NCBI GenBank assembly: GCA_002633005.1
Contig: NMRA01000009.1
Location: forward strand, 1,506,697 to 1,570,696
Length of the DNA stretch: 64,000 bases
DNA from: Phoronis australis
Taxonomy: Eukaryota > Animalia > Phoronida
Direction of reading: 5' to 3'
Shown: positions 37,418 through 51,210 of the stretch, piece by piece
How positions within the stretch are numbered: position 1 is the stretch's first letter
How the letters are laid out: each line of letters begins with the position of its first letter
The notes under the pieces: generated by a model
What the model saw: the letters and a program-made list of their open reading frames with translations, nothing else
Told to the model about the DNA's origin: nothing
The model's database searches: none
Made by a program: the position numbers and the translations under genes

Positions 37418-40249
37418 ATCAAGTCTTTGGTGGACAGGCTTTCAGATTCATCTATACATCCCATGTAATGTGGGTGAGAGGTACCTTTCCTGCTATCAGA
37501 ATGCCAGCAAGTTTCTACTGCTGTTCGGTGGGGTGTACTAATTGTTTACAGAAAAGTCAAACCTATTGAAATATCCATGGATGAAGCACATCACAATGCA
37601 AACGTTTCCCATTGTGAAAAAATCTGCGCCCTGCGAAGTTGGTGAAGTAAGGAAATTTCGATCTCTGACGATATTAGTGAAGTTAACCTAATCAAACACT
37701 GGGAGGGGCTGACATTAAAGTGGGATTTGTTCCTTTGTTAGAGTAATGAAACACTATGTAAAAATATTGAATTTCTGTCCACCAAATCTGAGTTGGGATC
37801 AAGCAAAAGTCACTTTCACACTCTCATTACTTTAGAGACGTCCATTATGAAAAGTTTGCTTTTGGGACCTTTCCATTGAGCATCATTGCAGAGGTGTGGT
37901 GGAGTGTATTTAAGTGATCACTACTACTTGTCTTGAGGGACTGATATGCAGATTAAAGGGTTCCCACCTTCCCATCCTTTGGGTACAAACAAAAAGGTGC
38001 CGCCATGCCATTTTTAGAAGCATCATATTACGGTTTGTTTTGTGCAAGTTGTGTTCCATGGTGCTCTCATGAAAATATAAATCTACAGATTGATGATAAC
38101 CACTCACAAGGTGTTGCATGGAATTGATGAATTGTATCAAATGAGCTTGGATCAACCACTGACAGCTTTATGGGGTGTACCATTTATAAACGGCATTGTA
38201 TTGTTGATGGCTGCAAGCCACCTGGCTTTTTGTTTGATAAATGTCTCGAATATCAATAGTACCATATCCATTCTGGCTGCTGAACCAAGAGGCAATTGGT
38301 AGATCAGTAATTGCCATGTGCTGTGATTGTGGTTATCCAGATCACTCAAGAATGGAAAGGTCTATTTACTTCAAGCACCAGTCCTGGTCTGGCCACAAGT
38401 TGTAATGATCATCTTACAAGCAAACCTCAACATCGATAAGATCTCCTAGAATTGGTGAAAATAGGTGTTATTATTTTGGAAAGAGTTATTCCTGAATCTG
38501 CAGCTGCACCTCCCTGCTCGTTACTTGGATGAGCCCTCAGGGATAAGACTAAACCTAAGCACAGTGCATTGTCAAGCAACACAACCAACTCTGAACTTTG
38601 AAATACCCGTATGTCTGATTTGTCATTGTAAAAATTCTGGTATAGACGGTCTTAGTTTGAATGGGAAAAATGTACCCACAGTTAGCATTTTTATCACACT
38701 GACATACGTTTTTTATTGAATCATCAGATATGATGGAACTATTTTTTCATATCAAGTGCCCCATAGATGTGAAATTGAGGAAGACTCGTCAAAACCTATA
38801 CCAAGCCTTGTGCACAAGCTTATAAACAGGGAGTGTGTGTGTGTGTGTGGGCCTATGTTTACAACTACAGCCAACATTTCTTATATGGTAGTGAGTTCAT
38901 TGTCCACAATCACATGGATTTTCTATTTGACAGTGATATTCAAATACTTAAAAGTTCACAAGTTTTGTTCATTCATTTTTTGCTATACTGAAAAATCTTT
39001 GATGCAAAAGAAGAAAATTTCATTTCTATATAAGGAATCGAACTGACTCGTATTTTTGGTATTATTAAAGCAATACAAAGTTAGAATACATACTACTTTA
39101 GTCATTCACTGTACTGCATTGTGCAAAAATTCATTTATAAAAATTGTGTGCTCAGAAATTTTTTTAACAAACATCTTATTACATATATTTATTTAAAGCT
39201 ACATTAAATTGCCAAATGAATGCTTTTTGTCGAAAACCAAGTTTTTATTTAGGTCATTGACTGAAATAAAATTGGTCTTATATTGTTCCCTACTCAGTTT
39301 AGAAGTGATTTCTGTGCTGAAGAAGAACTGTCTGTTCTATAGTTAGAAGTGATAGTTTGTTATTTCATTAGGCCAAGCTGTGAGGCCAATGTCTGCATTG
39401 TCCAATACAGCACTTATTTACTTGTGGTAATTGCAGATAGAGCTAAGACAATCTTGGAAATGCTGAAAAAACTTTATGAGGATTTGATACCTGCAGTGAG
39501 TACAAATTCAAAAATCGCAAATAGTGAAAACAAGTGTCGAAACACTCTAACTGCATGTGGAGCTGTTTGACTGTGTTGCTTTTATCTTTAACATCAAATT
39601 TCCTATGAATACTCTTTGCAGTGTTTCACATGTAACCACATTTTCACAGTCCTTTAAATCACAGTTCAGGGACTCAAGTAAACTACAGATCAGAAAACAG
39701 CACGTAGATTTTTGTTGAAAGCCACAACGTAAAATTGGCCTCGGCTCATTTCTTTCTTAGATGAGAAGTGACAGTTTGTTATGCCGTGAGACTATGCTCG
39801 TCACTTAGAATCACACGCTGTTGCAAGCCAACATTTACTGCCTAATCTCGAGCAATAACGAATTGTCAGTTCTTTCCAAGACCTGAAATCACCTCAGTCT
39901 AATCCGATTAAGGGACAATTTACTGGGCCTAAATAAAAATTGTACCTGTGAAGCCAGGTGTGTTTATAGTCACTCCATTAACCTGCGTTTGAAACAAATG
40001 TTTTGATGGACTACCTGCCGCGTGATTGACTATGCTCTTGTTTGTGTGTCATTCAATATCAGTTAACGCTCAACAGGGACTGATTAACATGACGGTGATT
40101 ACGGGCATTGTAATTAAAATAATCAGCATTTGCCAGTGATGTTCTTGATAGACTAATTGTTTTCGCTTGCTCTTAAAAACTAGAAAAGTTCGAAAGTGAA
40201 AACATGCAGTTTAATGCATATTTCAAATCTAGATGTTAAATACTTGTAG

Positions 40250-40447
40250 GCAATCTACAAAATGGTTGGTACAGTCATGAAGATGCCTGAAGATGAGTCA
40301 ACGCCTGAGAAGAGAACAGACAAGATTTTCCGTCAAATGGATAAAAACTTTGACGGGAAGTTATCTTTGGATGAGTTCATCGAGGGAGCTCGAAGTGACC
40401 CGTCAATCGTGAGACTGTTGCAATGTGATCCAAATTCCAGCAGTTGA
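40250..40447 (+). CDS. Nca: Neurocalcin homolog, coding exon 2, codons 127-191 plus stop
   Basis: Acceptor tacttgtag|GCA ATC TAC AAA in phase 0, matching exon 1. [30 protein letters not shown] followed by EF4 [12 protein letters not shown] and [15 protein letters not shown] at 40445-40447. Confidence 0.97.
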   Translation, partial: AIYKMVGTVMKMPEDESTPEKRTDKIFRQMDKNFDGKLSLDEFIEGARSDPSIVRLLQCDPNSSS

Positions 40448-43400
40448 ATGGTTGTTTCTGACTGATTAGAACTCTACTGTTGTGTTAACAAGTGTTTGGC
40501 TGGGCATCAGAGCTGGTCCCGCTGCTAGCCAAATGGTTGAATCATTGCTTTACTGTCTTGGTGCGAGTTCTCTTCAGCTCCTCTCACCTGTGGTTATAAT
40601 TTGTTGGTAGTGAGTAGTAATTTTTCACCTATGTTCTCATGGGAAGTATACCCTAGTGGTGCAAAAGTTTTATTTTGTCTAATCTCTCGACGAAAATGAA
40701 AGCTCTACTTCATCAATACAGTGGTCTGAGTTGTACAAAGTTCATCTAACAACGGTCAAATTTTTATTATTTGTAGTTAAGTAGTTTGCTTTTGAAATAA
40801 GGAAAATTAAATTTTTATCAAATATTTTTGTGTGAGACAGCAAAATTACCCTTCGTGAGCAATTTATTTTGCAGCAGCATGGAATATAAACCAAGACTCT
40901 GTCAAAAGTCTCAATGCAGCTGTACTGGCATTTATAGGTTAAATTCATATCTTAAAAACACTTGTGACTATGAAAATTGTTGTAACAGCTTCAACCTTAG
41001 TCTCTCATGTTGCCATGACATTCAGTTGTATAATTAATGCACTTCACTGTTTGGTCTATTTGTTCAACTCTCCACAGCATTTTGATTGGTCCTTTCCTCG
41101 ACTATTGTGAGTAGCAGGAAATCAGATTGAATTGTGGGAAATCTAATTTAGAGTATACTACAGATAGACTAAACAGTGAACTGTAAAATTGTACGAGCTC
41201 ACTGCCTCAAGATGGCCTCAGGATTGGCATTCGGTTTGTTCCTAATGTGTGAAATGTTTAAAATGTCAATTTGGACTTACAGGATCTAACCTGAAGTTTG
41301 TATTTGTTTTGGGTTAGTTATTAAGTGATTAAGCTGTTTCGTTGAAATATTTTTGTATGATTTACCAGTATATGTTGTATAGTTTATAGAATAATGTGAA
41401 ACGGACATTTATGGAATATTAAAGCTGCAATTCACCACTGTTTAGCTGTTAACGTTGAATCTTAACCAGTTTGAAAACATAACTACACTGACAGTGTGGA
41501 CTGACTCAAATCACAGGCAATGTGTTGATTTGTCATTTTCGAATTCGCTGTTTCAGGGTTGGCAAAAACTGATAAATATTGAAACGTTTTCTTGAGTCGC
41601 TTACGTTTTCGACATTCTTGTTGGTAACGGTAACAGAATCCTATTTTATGAGACTAGTTTTAATGTAGTAAAAAGCCTAAGTCAATTTTTGTACTTTTGC
41701 TAGCTAAACAAGATGAAATGTAGGTTTAATATTGTGTGACTTTATACTTTTCTTTTTTGCTTGCACACGTGACTAAACTCTCTTAAGTGTATCTTTTTGT
41801 TAATTAATAAAGATCAACTGAGCTGTTGATTTTAGCCTCTAATCTAATTCAATCAAATGTCAAGGTTTTGGTTGATGGGATGGTGCATCTTAGCCTTACA
41901 TAATGTTGTCAGAATATAATTTCAGGGAGCAAATAGCTTTGTTTACATTGGCTTTTGGATCACAAATAATTTATGTCCTAGTGGACTATAGAATTAATTT
42001 TTGTTCACTTTCGTGTTAAAAAGTTGGAAAATGTGCCTCATTTGAGTGTCATTGTAGAGAATCAGATTTTTGGCATCGAATTTAACCTGTTGTGCTGGAG
42101 CTGCACAGCTGGTTGTATTTGCTGCCAAAAAAATATATGTCTGCAATACTTTTCCAACAAAGCTTGCGCACCAATGTAGAGAACAGTTGAAATATCTGCT
42201 TCTGTTTTCTGCGAAGGAAATAGTGTTTGGTTTGATCACAGGATGCAGCAATTGAATGATAAATGGTCATCCAATGGAGCACGCGAAAGTTGTGAGTCAG
42301 TTGTGCAGAGTCTGAAAAATCTGTCGTTTCTCTGCAGTTGGACTCAACTGTGGCCTTGCAATAGAAAGTTTGGGACTCTTGGATTACAAAGAACACAATT
42401 AGCTCTAGTATAGCCATTTCCTGGTATTCATGCGATTTTGGGAGACCCTATTTACATAAGACCACCAATCTTTGTTAATCCTGGAAATAGTATTTATTAC
42501 GCTGATTGTAATTTGTTGAGTGAAGCTCTCTTCTGTTAGGTTACTCCAGAGTACTAGTAGAATGCATGAATATGGTTGAGTTTGTTTTTTAAAGTCTGGT
42601 CACTTGTTGCCAGGTTGTTGTTTTTCATAAAGACTTATCAAGTGAGTGGTTGCCTGATCACTGACAGATTTGTGATTTGATTTTAGGCATTTATTCTACG
42701 GCACTGCAGTCACATTTTAAATGCATTGTGGGACGATTGTTGACTCGTAAAACATACAGTGATGTCACAGATAACATGACTGTGAACATGCAACACGATC
42801 TACTATGGTTTGCGTTTTAGTTGGTGAGATTTGACTTCGGCATGATACGATGGCACCTGCAAAGAGTATCTCTCGCGTTAAAGAATAATCAAATCTAGGC
42901 ATTTATGCAATGCATTAGGAGGCTCTCTTTCAGTCTTTTATTCTTGTACGATGGCTGATTGATCATACTCGCACCAATAACCATGTTGCAGTAGACACTT
43001 GCTTTCAACTGTGGTACGCTAAAGTGACCAATGTTAAAGTATTATTTTCCATCTTTTTGTTCACATGTCACCAATATACAAGTTATCTGTGATTTTTCCA
43101 AGTGTTTACAAGCCCACCACCATCCCACAATGCGTATGAATAACAACAGCAGCTCTGTGGTAAAATCCCAGACAGCCGAGTTATTCATTCAGTTTCACTA
43201 CAAGAATAAAGTTAAGTGATGGTGAGTAGTGGTCCACATTACTAAGTTTGCTTCAACTCCCCAGCTGCCCAGAATAAAGCGATTCTTAGGCTTCATTGCT
43301 TGAGACTGGGTTCAGTAAGTTGACTTATGATTCTTTTTGTCATTTTATGGACCAAAATAAATAATTGAATGGTTAGATAGTCACAAGCCGTGCCAAGTCG

Positions 43401-45747
43401 AGCATTAATGAACTACTTCTTACAAGCCCAGAAATTCTAATCTGAGGAAGGAACACATTTTAGGGGCAAGTGGTTCAACTAACGTAAGTGGTGTGTAGCA
43501 GCATTGATGTTACCCTTGCCTTATGCAATCCCTGGCCTGATGTGCTCTTCTCCCCCCAGTGGTTGACAACGCTGTATGAGTTTTAGTGCTGTTTATTAAC
43601 AACTTGCAATGCTTATGGTCACTCAATAACTCTAGCTGGTTTTGTAATTTGTTTTCTCTACCATGTGATAATACAAGTGTTTTCTTCTAATTTATTACCA
43701 CCATTTATTACTTTAAGTCCACACTACATCTGGTAGATTGGTCCCATTTGTTTTTATCAAAGGTTTATTTTAACTTACTATGGTCATCCAATCTGGTTTT
43801 AAAGGAATAATAGATAACAGGTTTCCATAAAACTTCTTAAATATGAGGACAGAATACGGATAATTAAGATAAACAAGATTTGCTGTTAGGCATACAGTGG
43901 TTGAAATATGATTGTAATTCTGCGAGTTTATGATAGGCACTGATAGTGTAATACCAGATATGTTGTGCTGGATGTGAAATTTCAACGGAATCAAACTTTT
44001 TGATTTTGGACACAACCTGGTGGAAAAGTTGAGATTTATTTTATCAAATTTCTCAGCGAAGATAAGCATGGCTTATATTGCACTGCTTTGCTGTAAAAAT
44101 CGGATTGTGTAAAGCAAATCAGAAAAACGATGAAAGTTCTGAGGCAAAACTGAATAAAAATTTAAAGGTGAGGTCAACGACGAAACCAAAAACAACAACC
44201 ACGGCCCATACATGTATTACATGAACATACAGTAAATGATAAACCCTTAAAAGTGTACCGAGGAATCAGTTAATAAAAGACAATCATCAAATCAGAACAT
44301 CTCAAATAACAAAGTCGTCGCGAGAAACCAATCACACATTGCAGATAGTGGGTGAAATCTATTTATGTACCAAATTTGAAAAGATTCGGTCAAAGGATCA
44401 CAGAGCTAGGTTAGGGATATACAAATAGAATTCGAAAAATGGCCGTCACAGCATCACTTTGTGTCCCATTTCGCCCCAAAACTAAGGTATTCAAGCTATT
44501 GACTAGATAAACAATGTACGTAACCTTCAGATGAAAAATGCGATCTCTAGCACCAATATGATAGGCCAACATACATCTAAGAAGTAAATCTCTTAATATC
44601 TAGAGAACATTAAGTGATAGCGAGAAATAGGTTCCACAATGCTAATAGGGATTGAAAAGATCTATTCACATACCAAATTTCAGACATATCCGGGATGCTG
44701 AAGATACGGTACATAAACTCAATAGACTGGAGAGCAGCAGAGATATGGCTAAGCAAACTAAAAAGGCTTCGAGCTGTTCACGAGACATGTTTGTATATTC
44801 CAAGTTGACCTGTTACAAAATGCGACAAAAAAGCATGCAAACGAAGAAACAATTTTGATGACAAAGCAACAGTCTTGGAGACATTTCATTTCACCAAGTA
44901 AAAACAAATGTTAACACAACGGGGTATTTTACGTCCTAAGGGTTTGTGGGTTGACTAGACTATTAACAATTTCAGTAGTGTCACCCTCATTCAGTATCTT
45001 TGGGTGTTACTGATTACTTGGGTCACTTTCGTTATCTTTTACTAATAAGTAGTCTTGAAATTTAATGAATCATTATAGGTGTGATATATCACTAGTTTTC
45101 ACCAGTAACCAGCCACTGAAATGACTGGTGAATTTTTTCATAAAAGACCTGTAAGTAAGACCCAGTAATGCTTCATTGTTTTTAAATTAAATACTGCTAC
45201 CACAACACAAAGTTTTGGGAAATTCTGGGTATTCCATGTTGGAAACATTTGAAATATTCTGGCAATGAGTTTTGTCCACAGTTAGCAAGACTTTACCGTA
45301 AATGATATTTGGACAGCCTTAATGCCAACTATTTTCATTGTATAAACCAAGACCTTTCACTAAAATTGACTAGGCAATAATTAGCATTGATCATGATCAA
45401 TCTCACAACGATGCACTCGGTTGTCATGGTAGTAACACAACTACACAGCTTTGCATAGTTCACAAACAAGTCACAAGGCCTATTTGTCTGAAGCAATTGC
45501 AGCCCCGAGGTCCCCTCGTTCGAAGGAAGATAAAAATTAAAAATTTGTAGATATTTTTTCAGCTTTGAACCTTCTGACAACACATTGATTTTTTAAGCAC
45601 TGTACTTGTGATTAAGAAACAAACATGCTGTTGGTAATTGATTACATAAAATTCCATTCATAAATATAATATAGAGAAAGACAAGGTGAAGTTACAGCGA
45701 CTTGCATGTGAATGACGAGCTTTTCTGTACAATAAAACCCAAAATCA

Positions 45748-45936
45748 TCACCGAGTTAAACTATCAACATATTCTTTTACTCGGTTTTCTTGAGAAACAG
45801 TTTCAATTGAGCCAGGCCTGAGAATTCTGATCTTGGCGATAGCCTCTGTAGCAGACAGGTTGTAAGTCTTAGCCAGGTAACAGGCTAATAGGCAGCCAGT
45901 ACGGCCTTTCCCATGCATACAGTGCACAGCCACACG
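45748..45936 (-). CDS. DUSP23: DUSP23-like dual-specificity phosphatase, last coding exon
   Basis: Acceptor ttttcag|CGT GTG GCT. Catalytic [10 protein letters not shown] (HCx5R) followed by LACYL...[17 protein letters not shown], as in DUSP23. Confidence 0.93.
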   Translation of the reverse strand, partial: RVAVHCMHGKGRTGCLLACYLAKTYNLSATEAIAKIRILRPGSIETVSQENRVKEYVDSLTR

Positions 45937-46136
45937 CTGAAAAAGTCAATATTATGAGTACAGCACTAATAATCTCCAAGGCTGCGTTTCACTGTATTTG
46001 TCAGTTTACTGCCCTTTTAACAGAGCTGTATAAACCTGCCTTCCACTACAAAAAACAACTTTTGATTTCAACCACATACCATTACAACATTGGTCTCAAG
46101 TTGTGGCTTAGCCAACTGAGGTGATTTTTGGATTTT

Positions 46137-46562
46137 TTGCATGAAACAATCCCAAATAGGGACTCAACTAAATTCCCTAAATCTACTGCGTATTTTTGGA
46201 CTTCTGAAAACATTGATTGCCCTTTCTTGAATTGTTTTAGTTTTATTACTAAGCCAACTTTTAATTTTGATACAAGTCGAGAGTGAATTGTATGTTAAAT
46301 TGTCAATATTATCGAAAATATTTAGGGATCTTTTCATGCAGCACCCCCAATTTAAGTACCGAGTCCCTATTTATTTTCAATAAACTCTGGGCTCAGTTTT
46401 TAGTTCAATTATTAGAAAATGTCATTAATGAAAGAGGAGCTCATAATAAAGATGAAACGATAGAAAAATGTTGCATCTATGGGTCCATAAAGACACAAAC
46501 ATACAAAAAGACTTAGGAACCTTAGTTGAGTCTCTATTTGGGACTGTTTCATGCAAGCGGCC
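46137..46562. mobile_element. MITE with ~45-bp TIRs (Harbinger-like GGCC end) in a DUSP23 intron
   Basis: ttgcatgaaacaatcccaaatagggactcaactaa matches the reverse complement of ttagttgagtctctatttgggactgtttcatgcaagcggcc. The left tip is eroded and no TSD is visible. Confidence 0.7.
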
Positions 46563-48562
46563 ATTGAACGATTGGTAGTTATTGCTTGAAGCCAGACTCT
46601 ACAGAGAGTTGGCTTGTCATGGCTAGTCGTTTTGTGCGCTGAGCAAGGAATAAGGAAGTGTAAGTTCTGCGCAACTAGTCCAGAAATCAGGGTACCTGAG
46701 TAAGGAGCTAGGTTGAGATTTCAAATTCATTTATAATATCAAATCCTGCATTTTAACTGTGTATAATGCACAGAATCAAAAGAGTGTCTCCTCAAAAAAG
46801 TGTTCCGTGGTTACAATATGCCTCAATATAGAACCTACTGTGGCACGGGCGCATACTCTCTGGAACACATCGGGTTTCTCCGTGGCCTCCAATAATCCCT
46901 TCGAGGTGTTTCATATCTGCGCATTTGAAAACTCCAATCATTACAGGAAGTCATATGACTTTCAAAATGAAGAATGTCACTGAATGCAGCAGGATACCTG
47001 TGTGATAACAGGCTTTACAGAGTTACCAATACATCATGAGGAAGACTAAGGATTGACAGATGAATGCTGCAGGTGACATTTATAAGCTTTTATAGGCAGA
47101 AGCCATTATTAGTCATTTCGTTTCCAAATCCCTTTGTTATTAAGTTGGCACAAGTAAAGATCTCTAACACCCCAGAGGGACAATTTGAGGCTACACAAAT
47201 ACTCGAGGAGTTCCCCATGAGACAAACTTCGATGCATTCTCTGCATTGGTTGACAAGGTGTTACTACATTTGACGATGATACACTTTTAGCGTATGACTT
47301 TTGACCAGTGTTTTAGCCCAACTCTTTAAGGTTATGCAGGACTCTAGAATATCCACATTTGGCTAACTTGCAAACAACATATCTCAGAAAGGGCTTCTCT
47401 CATTTAGATAAAACTTTCAGATACCATAGTTTATGCATTGTTCTCCAAAACACTTTTAAGAATAAAGATTTATGTTTAAAATGTGCCACTTTTGCATGAG
47501 GGCTATCAACAAATAGGACTTTTATGATTTTTATAGAAAAATCTAAACTTGAACAAAATGAAAACAAAATGATAGCGGGTATGTTAGAAAACTGTAACAT
47601 TGTTTTTGAGAGCTCATCTTGAAGAATTGTATCAAATAAAATTTTATCATGTTATTGACACTAATGTTTCGGAATCAAGTTTTGTTGAATACAATGGTCC
47701 ATTTTTTAATCACTTTGGCAGGCTGATCTCGCATCAGGCGTCAGTTGATGTAAAAGGTAACCAAGGCTTGTGAGGAAAGCAAAAAATGTCAATATTGCAT
47801 GCTTCATATTCAAATCACATAATGAGAATACAATAATACAAACTAAATACAATTTTCCGGTACTTCGTTAAAATTGTACCTTTCTATTTACTATACTTCA
47901 ACTGGGTTGAAATCTATATTTTTTAGATATTTTGCAAAATACAAAGTCTGGTCAATAAGGTTTTCTCAAACCATAACACAATCTCTAATATGCATAATGC
48001 CATTATGTACAACTTGTCTCACATCAGACCACAACAAAGTGGGGAAAAGAACTGATTTGTAAGTCCACCATCAGGCAAATCTTGCGCGAACAAGATTTGC
48101 ACCAGGTAGACAAGAAAGCGCGCACTGTTTACCCCAGAGTATCCAGTGCAGTCCTCGGTACATCAAAGTTTCGATGCTGCCATCACAGATTTGAATGAGC
48201 TAGTCGCTACTCACAGGCTTGGCCGAACATGCTGGATAAGATAATTGCAGTCCTAAGCCAACATGCCAGTTGAGCATACGAGTTTAAAGGTAAAAAATGA
48301 ACAATAAGTAAGGAAACAACCAAAATGACTGTTTTTAAAATTGAAAAGGAAATAGTATCTATCTTTGAATTTTTAAAAGAAATTAGCGAATAGGTTTTCT
48401 TCGGCATAATGGCTAAGCCATGAGCACTAATTTGTGAATTGATTAGGATGGCTTAGTCACTGTCTGACTCAGGCTTGCTTAGGCGCAGTTGGGGTAACAA
48501 AACCCCAAATGTTAGCGCAGGAGTTGCCTCATGCTGGGATTTCAAGCCGCATAAAAACAAAC

Positions 48563-48666
48563 CTGATTTTTTACTTTAGCGCTTTCAACAACAGCTACAA
48601 ATTCACAAACTTGTGCCAGTGTTGGGGGTGTAAAGTCCTTTATGTTGAATGGCAGATATGAAAGAC
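48563..48666 (-). CDS. DUSP23: DUSP23-like phosphatase, middle coding exon
   Basis: atttcag|GT CTT...AAT CAG|gtttgt, 104 nt, phase 1 to phase 0, which fits both neighbouring exons. Encodes (G)LSYLPFNIKDFTPPTLAQVCEFVAVVESAKVKNQ, containing the general-acid loop (cf. IPDFCPP). Confidence 0.9.
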
Positions 48667-50852
48667 CTGAAATATGAACAAAGCAATTAAAAGCAAACCT
48701 GACTCAGGCCAAGCATGATTTGTTCCTATTAGAAACTGGTGTAGCAATTGGTTTCATAATTCAACCAGATTAGCTTGTACACAGTTTTTTATCTTTGAAC
48801 TCATGCTCTTTTGCACTCACTAAATTTTGAACAAACTTGATACAAGCTTGTAAAGCTTAGACAAGATTAAAACTCAGTCCTGTAGCTTTTCATGATTTTT
48901 AATTTGGGTGAAGTACAATACACATCCCAACAGCTCTGATGAATCAAAAGAACAACTTGGCTGTTAGTTAAACAGTAAACTTCCCAAAACAGCAATTTTG
49001 TATAAATTGAGGCATGTCAACATGTAGAATTTCTTGCTTACACTGATAACGACTGAGATTCCCTTTGCCCCCAGACAAGTTTTATAATCATGCCTATTCA
49101 GCACACTCTACATGTATTCAAGCTAATGAAGTGGAAAGGTAATCATAAGCACTGCTTTGTCAACAGTAGTGGATGTTATTACATGGAAATAATTAGTTTT
49201 CTCTGACAATTGCACAGAGCTACAGCCTGAAATGTTGAAACTTCGGGTTTGATCACATTTTAGATATTACAATAACTAAACATAAATTGGTTCATGTTGA
49301 TAAGGGCTATTTCCCAAACAATCGTTGGTTTCAAATATGTTTCATACTATTTTCGTCATTTTATTTTAATACTCCAGTCTACTTAAATTGTTTTGTTTAC
49401 TGCCAGGTTGCTGTCTTTTGATTTTATGTTCAAACTTTAACTGGCGGTGCCAAACCAGTGGCACATTTTGATCGTAAATGAAACTTCGAAGTCACCTCTT
49501 GCCCACCGATCCACCTCAGCTATAGCTTGGGTTTTCTCATTTGAAGCTAGCCATAGTTAGTTTTCATGGCACATGTTTCATCGACAGCTGATTAACGAAT
49601 ATCACAGATTTCCATTTAGCATGCTACTCCTCGAATAAATTAGTGCGACACGACTGGGCGATAAGAGCTGTCTTAAAAGCTTTTGACATCTAATTTGGTC
49701 ACCATGAATTTTTTCTATTTGTCGTAATTTATTTTAGTTGCATACTAAAAGAATAAACCATGTGGTATTGTTAATTAAGATCAGTATTTGTAAATCCTCC
49801 GAACATATCAATACGCACAGTCGTTATCTTCAATCCCTAACTAATGTTTGTAGTTTTTAGCTTATTAGTTCATCAATATTTAAAAATTGAAAACCATGCT
49901 TGGTTGTTTTTTCCAGCTGAATATCGGTAATGTTTATTTTTAATGAAAATTATTGGTTAATGCATTTTGCCAGTATGTACATGTATGTTTACTATAGTTT
50001 ATGGCCGGGTAATTACACTTAATTGGGTCTTGCTCGCACCGGACAATGCGGCCATCACAACTGCGTTCGACTCTGGTGCCGCGCTCCCTTTGATCCCCAA
50101 GAAAACCACTCTGGAGAAGGTTGAACAAGCAGATGACATTGGCCTGTACAATGAGCTATGTATGATTAATTTATCTCATTGGACCTGTTTATGTTCCTAC
50201 ACCTTACTGTTTTTGTCCTTGCCGTCAAAAAGGGCAAAGACCTCCCCCTTTCCACACACAGACACCGGAATGACAACTTTGGAATTTTTGGTTGCCACAT
50301 TGAGATGAAGAAGATTGGCAACATTTTAACAGAAAATTGGAGTTTTGTGGCTTGCAGCAGATCCGTGTCTAGGCAGTTTGGCAGGAACTTGTTTAGCGTA
50401 CACAAAACATTCAGTAATTTTTATTACTTTTTAAGAAAATTATGAAACAGAGTGCTTGGAACAAAATATTAACAAATATTAACAAACACAGTGACACCTG
50501 CCGATAACTCCGATGGCATCGAAGCTAAGTGTTCTCATTATAACGAAGCATTGACGCTTCGCTGTTAAATCCACCTCTTAGCTTTGGAGTTCACTAAGCA
50601 CTGTTAACTTTGATAAATGACCAAAGTTAAGTGTTCACACTGACCAAAGCTTCGGTTTTACTGGAGGCAGTGGGAAACGCCTTTCAGTCATACAACTGTC
50701 CCAGTTAGAGTGCGTAGCAAAACACAGCTTAACAAAAGGTTTATAGGCCTCTTGTTACCCATCATGGATTCTGAACCAGAATGAATATCACAGATCGGTA
50801 GCATTTTAGAGTAAATAGAATCTCAACTAATTTTAGTTCATTGATAAAGTAC

Positions 50853-51024
50853 CTGCAACAAGGTCAATTTGTGGAGGCTTTCGTTCAGGAGTTAATGAGA
50901 TAAGAATGTTAATGCCATTGTCCACCAGGTACTGAAGATGCGAAGGACTGTCCGGAAAGGCTAAACCTGCCAGCAGGTTGTCTTCTACCCATGAAAAGTT
51001 GGGTGGAACATCGTTGGAAATCAT
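50853..51024 (-). CDS. DUSP23: DUSP23-like phosphatase, first coding exon
   Basis: MISNDVPPNFSWVEDNLLAGLAFP...LQYLVDNGINILISLT (PPNFSWV is the DUSP23 N-terminus). Acceptor ctttcag| lies 5 nt before the ATG and the donor is GCA G|gtactt. Confidence 0.92.
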
Positions 51025-51174
51025 AATTTCTGAAAGCAAGACACACAAGAGCATCACTTTATAGAAAAAATAATGACTCTTACTAACACGAAACACCAAG
51101 AACACAAGTCATTCACTCAGTGTGACGTAAGGCCCTGTTGTATTAAGACTATTAGGCCAGGGGGCCGGGGCAGT

Positions 51175-51210
51175 AGATAGATAGATAGATAGACAATTTA
51201 TTTAGCCATT
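51175..51210 (-). repeat. (TCTA)n tract preceded by AATAAA, probable 3' tail of a LINE/SINE
   Basis: The minus strand reads ctaaataaattg(tcta)n. Confidence 0.4.

Noticed and set aside
42142-43523. miR-92 (TGCAATA) and miR-124 (TGCCTTA) seed matches in the putative Nca 3' UTR
   Set aside because: A few 7-mers in ~3.7 kb of AT-rich DNA are expected by chance, and conservation data would be needed.
49967-50308. 113-aa ORF in a GC-richer patch of a DUSP23 intron
   Set aside because: No recognisable domain or splice context.
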